From: Candidatus Thorarchaeota archaeon
Lineage (GTDB): Archaea > Asgardarchaeota > Thorarchaeia > Thorarchaeales > Thorarchaeaceae
DNA length: 26,319 bases
Assembly: GCA_019057475.1 (NCBI GenBank)
Contig: DXJO01000042.1
Location: 1-26,319, forward strand
Direction of reading: 5' to 3'
Part shown: positions 1-7,880 of the stretch, piece by piece
Layout: the number at the start of each line of letters is the position of its first letter
Numbering within the stretch: position 1 is the stretch's first letter
Made by a program: the position numbers and the translations under genes
The notes under the pieces: generated by a model
What the model was told of the DNA's origin: nothing
Databases searched by the model: none
The model's input: only the letters and a program-made list of their open reading frames with translations

Positions 1-2
1 TA

Positions 3-575
3 CTGTACACTCGTGTCGGCATTCCCATGTATGACCTGAACCTTCTGATCAACGACCCTGGAGCACACACATCAAATGCCAATCTCATGCGAAACCCCGA
101 GACCATCGCTAAACTCGTTCATGACCAAGTGATGGAACAGCACACATACCTCTCGATTCCTCCTCATCTTGCGGATGCACACCTGAAGGGCGACATCTAC
201 ATCAAGGACCGCGAGTACTTCTCAACGCGCGATTACTGCGCAACTTGGGACCTCAGACAGATTCTCCTCCTAGGAATTGCACCAGATGGACTCGGTGGAA
301 TGCACTCCAGCGCTGCAGGACCCGCCCAGCACCTTCCTGTGGCCGTCAATCATGCCGCGATATGGCTAGCCGCGGCTCAGAGTTCGTTTGCTGAGCGCCA
401 AGGCCTATTCTACTTCAACACCTTCCTCGCCCCGTATATGAAGGGCCTCCCTTACAAGAAGATCAAGCAGGCCGCACAACAGCTGATATTCACGCTCACC
501 CAGCAGTACGTGGCCCGAGGTGGTCAGGTCATCTTCTCAAGCGTTGACTTCACACCTGGGATTCCTAGGATAATG
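3..575 (+). pseudogene. nrdD: Anaerobic (class III) ribonucleotide reductase, N-terminal fragment, truncated at about 575
   Basis: Frame is open from the window start (LYTRVGIPMYDL) and contains NANL, HLKGDIYIKD, DYC, GPAQHL, AQSSFA..QG, FNTFLAPY and YVARGGQVIFSS, typical of archaeal NrdD. Similarity ends after PGIPRIM and the ORF stops at 677, far short of the glycyl-radical C-terminus. The usual FAGGQ reads FAERQ. Confidence 0.8.
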
Positions 576-634
576 AGTCTTGTTCATTCATATCAACCTC
601 GAAGGCTGAAGATTCACCCCTTGGGAGCGAGAGT

Positions 635-1297
635 GTGCTGGAGAGTCTCGGTGCTGAGTTCACTGTCATTGATCTAAACTGGTCGCCCGAAGAAGAACCA
701 GACTGGTCCCCAGAGGACGAAGAGAAATCTGAAGACGCGGAAGATGAGGACGAAGAGGAAACTAAAGACGCAGAAGATGACGATGAAGAGAGCGAAGATG
801 CAGAAGTCGAAGAAGAAAGCGAGTTGGAAGATGAACGGGAACAAATGGACCCCAATCTGGTTCTCTTGCACACACTCGCAACAATGTCCATGAGTGCAAT
901 CGAGGACTTGGACCACGACGAACCGTACGAGAAAGTTCAATGGGATGAAGACTTGGCGGAGCGATGCCTATGCATTGTCCCAACGCAGATCCACCCTATC
1001 GCCACTGGCTCTGGGATGTACTTGGGCTTCTGGGGCTACCTCTGTGAGTTCGACCCTGAAACAGAGTCGGTCAGCGGCAGGAGGGTGACAATGTCACTCC
1101 CCTCAAAGCTAACGAGATGGATGGGGGCAGACCCTGAGAGCTTCTCGATGAAGGCAGACCCTGTTGATGACGCGGTCGTGTTCATGATCATCACGCAGTA
1201 TTATGGTCGAGAAGAGTTTGAGATAGATGGGCAGATGAGGAGTGCCCACACGTTCGGAACAATAGACCTCATAGAGAGTCGTTGGTCTGAAATATAG
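635..1297 (+). CDS. Highly acidic hypothetical protein (D/E low-complexity tract followed by a beta-rich globular domain), possibly 5'-truncated
   Basis: 220-aa ORF with repeats WSPEE/WSPED and three DAE-(D/E)n units. The frame is open upstream to 569, i.e. right up to the nrdD breakpoint. Confidence 0.7.
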   Translation: MLESLGAEFTVIDLNWSPEEEPDWSPEDEEKSEDAEDEDEEETKDAEDDDEESEDAEVEEESELEDEREQMDPNLVLLHTLATMSMSAIEDLDHDEPYEKVQWDEDLAERCLCIVPTQIHPIATGSGMYLGFWGYLCEFDPETESVSGRRVTMSLPSKLTRWMGADPESFSMKADPVDDAVVFMIITQYYGREEFEIDGQMRSAHTFGTIDLIESRWSEI

Positions 1298-1307
1298 ACA
1301 ACGCAAG

Positions 1308-1370
1308 TGGACGGATAGGCAGCTTTTCCGTCTATACACTCCGGGACCTCTCACAAATCCGCTTCTGTGA
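1308..1370. terminator. Hairpins between convergent genes (possible terminator)
   Basis: GACGGA...TCCGTC flanked by AGTG/CACT, followed by TCACA...TGTGA, in the 74-bp gap between two convergent stop codons. Confidence 0.3.
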
Positions 1371-1371
1371 A

Positions 1372-2595
1372 TCAGTTGAGCTTCGACTGCTTTTTCGCCA
1401 TTCCTTCTGAGTTGATTCCCTGCTCAGGCAGTATATCAGAAACGTGAATCAGTTGAATGTGATATCTGGTGCCTTTCAATGAAGCAAGCATCCTCTTGTT
1501 GAAGCCATTCGCCACAACAACCCCTCTTACCTTGCTCTTTGGTCCGAATTCCTCCTCAGCCCATACCAAGTATCGTTGAATTTGAGCCACGACATCATCA
1601 TCGGCTTCACCTATCTTGAGCTCCACCACAACCTTTGCACCATCTGGGGCCTCCAAGAGCAGGTCAATTCTGCCTGTGTCAGTCGGCACCTGTCTTCCAA
1701 CGCAAGTTAGGCCAACACCCAGCGGTGATGGATTTGCAACAAGAAAGGCCTCGAGTTGTTTCTCGCTTTCAATCTGCATAGACTCAGCGGTAGGCACTTG
1801 AGGCATGGTATGACCGGTGATTTGGATACCAGCTACGCACAAGTACATGTCATAGGTGGCAAGCTTGTCCTTGGTTCGTTCAGCAGTAAGGATCCCTGTC
1901 AATTCGATCACGTTGCCATTCCTTAGGACACCCGCGAGGTCTCCTTCAAGCCTGACCTCCATTGAAAAGGGTATTTCGCCGCGAGGTCTGTCCGTGGGAA
2001 GCTCCTCAATGCAACCCTTTTGGAAATCTACAAAGCGTGACAGTTCCTGAATTAATTGCATTGCAGTCTTCTTCCCGCATACTGGACACAAGGGAGGCTC
2101 AGTGTATCTCCCTTCCTCCTGCGTTTGGGGAATATCCCCACCACAAATTCTGCATCTGAAAACAGCCTCAATCAGCAGTGAGTTCGTTTCCGAGGCTTCC
2201 GCGACAACCCCTGTTGCGGTGATAAGTTTCCCAATGTGTTTGGTCTTGACTGCTCTGAGAGCCACGCGATTTGGGAAGTTGATGATACGTATCCTCAGAA
2301 GACTGGTATCGATTGCATTGACATATTCCGGGTCCTCGACGTGCAAGACACCTACCAGGGCTTTGCTTAACACGTTAAGGAACTGCATCGGGTCCTCCGT
2401 GGCAAGAATCGTGAAGACGCGGTCGAAGCTGACTAGATCTTGGAAGTCTACGGCCAATGATGTTTCGTCGTCTATGGACATCTGTTGAAGACGGGACCAG
2501 TACACGAGTATTCCTTGCTCGTTCTTGTAAGTGCGAAGAAACTCCTCAAATTTCTCTTGAGGACCGTCCTCTGGAAGGGATGTCATAGTTTCCAT
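1372..2595 (-). CDS. MCM N-terminal domain (helical A, Zn-finger B, OB-fold C) fused to a NucS/EndoMS-like PD-(D/E)xK nuclease; no AAA+ domain
   Basis: Residues ~1-262 carry MCM N-terminal motifs (QEKFEEFL, VDFQDL, LRAVKTKHIGKLI..TGVV, CRIC...CPVC, SRFVDFQK..IEELP...GEIP, LEGDLAG...G..IELTGIL). Residues ~275-385 read ESEKQLE...GRQVPTDTGRIDLL...VVVELK...QIQRY, a NucS-like catalytic domain. No Walker A/B motifs. Confidence 0.9.
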   Translation of the reverse strand: METMTSLPEDGPQEKFEEFLRTYKNEQGILVYWSRLQQMSIDDETSLAVDFQDLVSFDRVFTILATEDPMQFLNVLSKALVGVLHVEDPEYVNAIDTSLLRIRIINFPNRVALRAVKTKHIGKLITATGVVAEASETNSLLIEAVFRCRICGGDIPQTQEEGRYTEPPLCPVCGKKTAMQLIQELSRFVDFQKGCIEELPTDRPRGEIPFSMEVRLEGDLAGVLRNGNVIELTGILTAERTKDKLATYDMYLCVAGIQITGHTMPQVPTAESMQIESEKQLEAFLVANPSPLGVGLTCVGRQVPTDTGRIDLLLEAPDGAKVVVELKIGEADDDVVAQIQRYLVWAEEEFGPKSKVRGVVVANGFNKRMLASLKGTRYHIQLIHVSDILPEQGINSEGMAKKQSKLN

Positions 2596-2744
2596 CTCTC
2601 TTCTTTGCTTATCTCATTTTCCAACAGATCGTCGCTAAGGAGTCTGGAGCCATAGAAGGGATGCATCAGGCCGACCTTAAGGCCACCGCCGAGCAGCCGG
2701 TTCAGTTCGGGGATACCTGTATTCATAGTCCGATAGAATGTCAT
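2583..2744 (-). pseudogene. RadA/RecA-paralogue N-terminal fragment (53 aa, not in the ORF track)
   Basis: Manual translation: MTFYRTMNTGIPELNRLLGGGLKVGLMHPFYGSRLLSDDLLENEISKEERWKL*. It has the TG..LD/N.LLGGG motif with a degenerate Walker A. Its stop overlaps the start region of the MCM fusion. Confidence 0.7.
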
Positions 2745-2751
2745 CCCTTAG

Positions 2752-3306
2752 TTGCAGTTTTCAAAACTCGCTCGGTCCACCGTTCTGAAACCAAGTACTG
2801 AAAGGTTTAAGTTATTCCCTGCAGGTTTTTACAGAGGGGAGAAGTTCGAGTTGAAGAGAAGACTTCATTCTAGTCCTAAACGATATGACTGCATTATGAT
2901 TGTCTTCATAATCATGTTAGTGGGAGTTATTGTTCTTGCTTGGTTGATACCCGAACAGGTAGTTATTGATATCGCCTCAAGTATCGTCGAAATCGCTGTC
3001 GTGTTGGGAGTCTTCACCATATTCAAATTCATGTTTCCGAGAGATCGAGCCAATAGACAAAGAGTAAGGGGAGGACCTTATGGATCAGTCTACATTGCTC
3101 GGAATATGTATTGCATAGCATTATCTTCTGCAATTCTTTTCCTTATCTTCTACCATTTTGCATTGCACCCAACAGTTACTGCATGGATTGCGGCATATGT
3201 ATATGAGGCGGGTCATCTTTCTGGAGTCACTATCATAGGCGTCGCAATGTCATTGATCATTATAATGGGTTATCAAGTCTTGAACTCCTTCGAGTATCGA
3301 CTGTAG
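2752..3306 (+). CDS. Integral membrane protein (about 4 TM helices); true start probably TTG 2851 or ATG 2896
   Basis: Four hydrophobic stretches (IMIVFIIMLVGVIVLAWL, IVEIAVVLGVFTIF, IALSSAILFLIFY, VTIIGVAMSLIIIMGY) with a basic loop. Confidence 0.7.
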   Translation: MQFSKLARSTVLKPSTERFKLFPAGFYRGEKFELKRRLHSSPKRYDCIMIVFIIMLVGVIVLAWLIPEQVVIDIASSIVEIAVVLGVFTIFKFMFPRDRANRQRVRGGPYGSVYIARNMYCIALSSAILFLIFYHFALHPTVTAWIAAYVYEAGHLSGVTIIGVAMSLIIIMGYQVLNSFEYRL

Positions 3307-3388
3307 GCGATTTCTTATCCTCTTTGAAGTCATAATTTCTCATTATGTCTTTGGCATAGAGGATGTCGCGATGCAGAGTTACTATCAT

Positions 3389-4780
3389 CTACTTCAATGC
3401 TCTTGAGGCAATCATTCCAATGATTCTTGTGAGCTGATGCTCGAAAGCTCTGCTAAGGTCATCAGCACCGCATATGGCGTGTCCCACTTCGTGGAGCAGC
3501 ACCCCCGCATATCTCTCGAGGCTACTGAGTACATCACGTTTTACGACTATTCTGCCTTCCGTAGGCTCCCACACTCCTTCAACCTCCACGAATGTATCTG
3601 AATCTCTCCTCATAGTTTCTGAGATGGCAATGTGCGCAACAGTCGCAGGTTTGCCCCCGATTAGGTCCAGAACGCTTTCTGTCATATTGAAGACATTGCT
3701 TTCAGAAGGGGTCAGATCCTTCGATTTCACAAACTTGAACTCAAAGCTATCGTTGTATTCTTTTCGCAACTGGCCTAGGTCACGGATTGGTTTTCCAGCT
3801 ATGTCCGTCTTCCCTTCAATCCGCTCTTTCAGGTTCCTTGGAATCGTAATTATTTCAAGGCCGGAAGTGATTGCCTCGTTAACCATCATACTAGAACGCA
3901 TCATCTCCTCCGATGTAAGGAAAACTACGCGGGAAAAAGCATTGAGAGTCCTCACAGCCTGTTCCTGTACATCTATCCAGTTAAGCTCGTCATGAAGCCG
4001 ACCTACTTCATAATTCTTGAGATCGTCGACTAGATGCACAGCAACCTCCTTATTCTGACAGGAGAGAAGCATGGACTTCACTCTTCCCGAGTATGCAGTT
4101 CGTCCCACATTCGTCCGTTCTCTGTTCATGGCCTTCCGTATTGCACTCGTAAGAGAGGTGATGTTGTAGCTGAAAAGGAAGTTCTCCTCTTCGGCAACTC
4201 AGACTCCATTCACGTATATCCTTGCTGCTTCCGCTTTCTTTTCCAATACGTCGCCGTACTTGGTTTTCTCGATAACTCTCTCCCCAGAGAACCTTAGAAA
4301 GAGGTTTTTCGCCTTAAGGATATCATCATCTTTTATTCCCTTTAGGATAAACTCAGTACCTACAAAATCAGTATCCGAAGGAGGTGAAATGTAAGCATGA
4401 AGAGTAATAATGTCTTCGAAGCTATGCTTCTGTGACTTCCCAAGGGTAATCTTGCCATACTTCGATTCTATGAGCACATTCACACGATTCCTATCAAACG
4501 TGGCTAGTGCGTCTTTGAGCCCTATGCCGAATTTGCCTATCATATGCGGATTTCCGAGCTTCTCTTCATTCTCTTTCTGTGTGAGATGTTCATGCCTGAG
4601 GCCTCGACCGTAGTCCCTAATGTGCCAGTGACCCTTGGCATCCTTGAAGATATCGATTTCTTTGGTCCGAGTCAGTATTTGCTCATCTATTGAATTTGCT
4701 ATAACCTCTCTGATAGCATGGCATGTTTCCCAATCCTCTAGGATTTTCTCTATGTTCAAATCGAATTGCTTCCTAGACAC
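3389..4780 (-). pseudogene. GHKL (HATPase_c/MORC-like) ATPase with a C-terminal HExxH zincin motif, interrupted by one in-frame TGA at 4199-4201
   Basis: ORFs 4199..4780 and 3389..4129 are in the same frame and read RIYVNGV*VAEEENFLFSYNITSLTSAIRKAMNRERTN. GHKL motifs REVIANSID, DYGRG and GKFGIGLK are present, plus LLHEVGH near the C-terminus. The joined product would be 463 aa. Confidence 0.85.
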
Positions 4781-5552
4781 TTACATCAACTCCGATTCAA
4801 CCATCAGTAGAGTGAGCACGATACCCTCAAGGACTGTTGACTCTCCAAGCAGACTAAATAGGATTGCCTAGTTGGTCATAAACTGTATGCTTCCAATAAT
4901 CTATCTAGTAGAATAGTTCAGTTTGGCACCACTAATGGCAAGATGTGCTATCTTGATATTCATGTCCAATCATTAGCTGGATATTGCCACAGTCCCTCAC
5001 AATCGTGCAATGATTCACGAACTCGTCCTTTCTTATCATTTGATTGGATATCTAAACACACGCGATAAAGATAAAGATGAGGAACTGTTACAAGACAGGC
5101 TCCCAATCTCCGAGCTGCCAAGGGATGAATTATCTCAGTCTGCAACAAGAAACTGAACGTCCGATTCTTTATGCCAATCCGTATCCTTGACAGAAGGAGC
5201 CAAGGCGCTCCTAGCAACACAGGTTAGAGAGTGTCCATTTGGATTTCCCAAACGGCTTATTGCTAGGGCGATACAAAAAAAGAGTGTTCACAGTTAGAGA
5301 ACTGTCTGATCATAACCTAGGATATGACTTCGACCAAGCAAGACCATCATCATTGGATTTAACAAAGCTAAGCTGTCTCCACACCTGTCGAGATGGCGGC
5401 ATTTTCCAAGAAAGGCCTAGATACACCTATATGCATCGACCAGTAAATCGTTGTTTGGGGGACAACCAGCTACCAAACAGGACCCCATCATGAATTGAGC
5501 TTTCTTGAAGAGCCTGACGATTGCCAAATTATTTCAGGCGGAGGAGGGTACC

Positions 5553-7529
5553 TTGCTAATCCAAAGTATAGATGTGAAGAACTTCCGTTGCATTAGGGAA
5601 GAAACACTGGATTGTGACCGACTCACAGTAATCATTGGAAGGAATGGTGCTGGCAAGTCGACGTTTCTTCAATCTCTCGACAAGTTCTTCGATACAGGTG
5701 CTTCATTCAGCGAAGAAGATTTCTTCAACAGACAGACCGAAGAAATGATTGAGATTAGAATCACATTCGATACTCTTCAGCCTAAGGAAATTGATGAGTT
5801 CAGTCCATATGTGTATGACCAAGAGCTCATAGTCACCAAACGTGTGTCTTTCGAGAATGGGATAATCATTCCTAGGCTCTATGCTTCAAAAAAGCAACTG
5901 CCACAATTCGCAGAGATTAGGTCGATTAGCAGCAAAAACGACCGACGATCTCAATGGAATGAGTTCGTAGAAGCAGGAACAATTCAAGAGCTAGAAAAAG
6001 GAAGAAGTGCAGACCACATCGAACAGATGATGCAGGAGTATGAATCTGCACATCCAGACATGCTTCAGCCGATTGAACAAGAGGTCCAATTCTTCGGTGC
6101 GAAGAACATCGGTGGAGGGAAACTCGACAAGTTCACCAAATACGTACTAGTTCCAGCAGTGCGTGAAGTCACAGATGAAACTGCAGGGAAGAAAGGTGCA
6201 ATTGAGCAACTTCTAAAGATGGTTGTTCTCAGAAGAGTAAATAGTAGAAGTGATATTCAGGCATTCAAGGCCGAATTTGAGCAACAGGCAAGAGAAATTT
6301 ATAGCACAGAGAATCTGAGCGAAATCAAAGAATTGAGCATTGAAATATCTATCATACTGGATAGATTCGCCCCTGGTTCAAAGCTCAATCTCAAATGGGC
6401 TGAATTTGAGCCACCAGACCTAAGCCCTCCAAATGCAGTTGCCACATTAATTGAAGATGAATTTGAGGGCGATATCTCTCATAAGGGACACGGTCTTCAA
6501 AGAGCATTGATATTGACTCTTCTTCAATACCTTGCTGAAACTTCTGTGAAAAATATTGCTAACGAGCTTGAATCCGATGAGCAAGCGACATCTGAAGAAA
6601 CAGCAACTACCATTGAAGGTCCGGATTTGATACTTGCCATTGAAGAACCTGAATTATACCTTCATCCATCTAGATGCCGCCACCTTTCTACTTTACTATA
6701 CTCTCTTTGCCAAGATACAGATGCTGGTCCTAGAACCAAGACTCAAGTCATTTACACATCTCATTCGCCGTATTTCCTGGACTTGCATCGTTTTGATCAA
6801 ATCAGACTGGTTAGAAAAGAAAGACCGGCAACTGGGATACCTCAGACCGAAGTCACATCATACTCCCTTGACACGGCAGCTTCCGAACTAGCGCATATCT
6901 GCGAGAAGTCTCCTGACTGCTTCACTCGCTCGACCTTCAAGGCACATGCGATGTCAGTTATGAATGTCATTGTCAATGAGGGTTTCTTCTCTCGAACAGT
7001 TGTAGTAGTTGAGGGAATTTCCGATGTAGGTATGCTATGGAAGGTACAAGAAGTTCTGGAATTGAAATGGGCCGAAAGGGGAATCGCAATTGTACCGGCA
7101 GGCGGCAAGAATAACATCGATCGCCCAGTAGTGATATTCAGGGGTCTTGGTATCCCTGTTTACTTTGTTTTTGACGCTGATGCACACCATCAAGGACGCA
7201 GTGAGGAGCCGAAAACCAAAGCAAGAAATCTTAGATACCAAAGAATGGCAGGAGTTGTTCCTGTTGATTTTCCGGACACACAAGTTCATGAAACATGGGC
7301 GGTCTTTCGAGAGGACATTGAAACAACCATCGAGAATGAACTTGGGGATGACGTTTTCACAAGAATCCGCGATGAAGTAGCCCATGAGCTAGGCTACGAT
7401 GAGCAAAGTAGAGTAATGAAAACCATTGAAGGTTCTGCAATGTTTGTAGAGCGTGCGTACGAGCTGGGTCACAGATTGCCCACACTGGAGAGCATCACTC
7501 GCATAGTTACACAACTAAGTCCGACATGA
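5553..7529 (+). CDS. OLD-family ATP-dependent endonuclease (ABC ATPase + TOPRIM)
   Basis: KNFRCI, Walker A GRNGAGKST, signature KGHGLQR, Walker B/D-loop IEEPELYLHP, H-loop TSHS, TOPRIM VVEGISD and DAD. GGAGGAGGG lies just upstream of TTG 5553 (the ORF track starts at 5505). Confidence 0.9.
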   Translation: MLIQSIDVKNFRCIREETLDCDRLTVIIGRNGAGKSTFLQSLDKFFDTGASFSEEDFFNRQTEEMIEIRITFDTLQPKEIDEFSPYVYDQELIVTKRVSFENGIIIPRLYASKKQLPQFAEIRSISSKNDRRSQWNEFVEAGTIQELEKGRSADHIEQMMQEYESAHPDMLQPIEQEVQFFGAKNIGGGKLDKFTKYVLVPAVREVTDETAGKKGAIEQLLKMVVLRRVNSRSDIQAFKAEFEQQAREIYSTENLSEIKELSIEISIILDRFAPGSKLNLKWAEFEPPDLSPPNAVATLIEDEFEGDISHKGHGLQRALILTLLQYLAETSVKNIANELESDEQATSEETATTIEGPDLILAIEEPELYLHPSRCRHLSTLLYSLCQDTDAGPRTKTQVIYTSHSPYFLDLHRFDQIRLVRKERPATGIPQTEVTSYSLDTAASELAHICEKSPDCFTRSTFKAHAMSVMNVIVNEGFFSRTVVVVEGISDVGMLWKVQEVLELKWAERGIAIVPAGGKNNIDRPVVIFRGLGIPVYFVFDADAHHQGRSEEPKTKARNLRYQRMAGVVPVDFPDTQVHETWAVFREDIETTIENELGDDVFTRIRDEVAHELGYDEQSRVMKTIEGSAMFVERAYELGHRLPTLESITRIVTQLSPT

Positions 7530-7880
7530 TTCTATCTTTCAGACAACGAAGGGGCGCCGAGCTTCGGGTAGGTCCATTTCAGGGTGCTTCATTGCCGCTG
7601 GGAATGCTATTCCATACCCTCTTGGTCTGCTCCTCATTAGCCCCAATGGCCTTGAGGTCCTTCTTTGCAGCCTTGCCCCGTTTCACGTCCAGAATAAAAA
7701 GGAAGAGCTCGTGGTGCACCTTCAGACTGCTCTCTCTTGCGCTGCTGAGGTCTTCCTGACCTGGGCTCTTCCAACACATACAGCAACAAGTGCCCCCTAC
7801 AAACAGACAAGAACATCTAAGAGCATCTTCCTCATCATTGGAATAATGCAGTGAATGGACTGCATACGGGGTGACAAATC

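Noticed and set aside
565-983. Ser-rich and Phe-rich minus-strand ORFs
   Set aside because: Antisense shadows of the acidic GAA/GAT tract. The other antisense ORFs nested inside long genes were rejected in the same way.
575-1297. Intein or intron interrupting nrdD
   Set aside because: No intein block A or terminal HN motif, and no nrdD 3' part resumes in the window.
1372-2595. Replicative MCM helicase (mcm)
   Set aside because: It lacks the whole AAA+ domain, so the gene symbol was not assigned.
4199-4201. Genome-wide TGA reassignment or selenocysteine
   Set aside because: TGA ends several intact genes here (7529, 11901, 17168, 17988, 20815), and the context is not a redox Cys position.
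4933-4944. TAATGGCAAGAT also present near 14010
   Set aside because: A single 12-mer match without convincing extension; compatible with chance.
4900-5500. ORFs 4960..5220 and 5239..5493
   Set aside because: No motifs or convincing starts; at most a decayed remnant.
5553-7529. Gabija system
   Set aside because: No adjacent UvrD-like GajB gene.
7526-7779. Short overlapping ORFs between the two ATPase genes
   Set aside because: No recognisable family; possibly a gene remnant, but not supportable.
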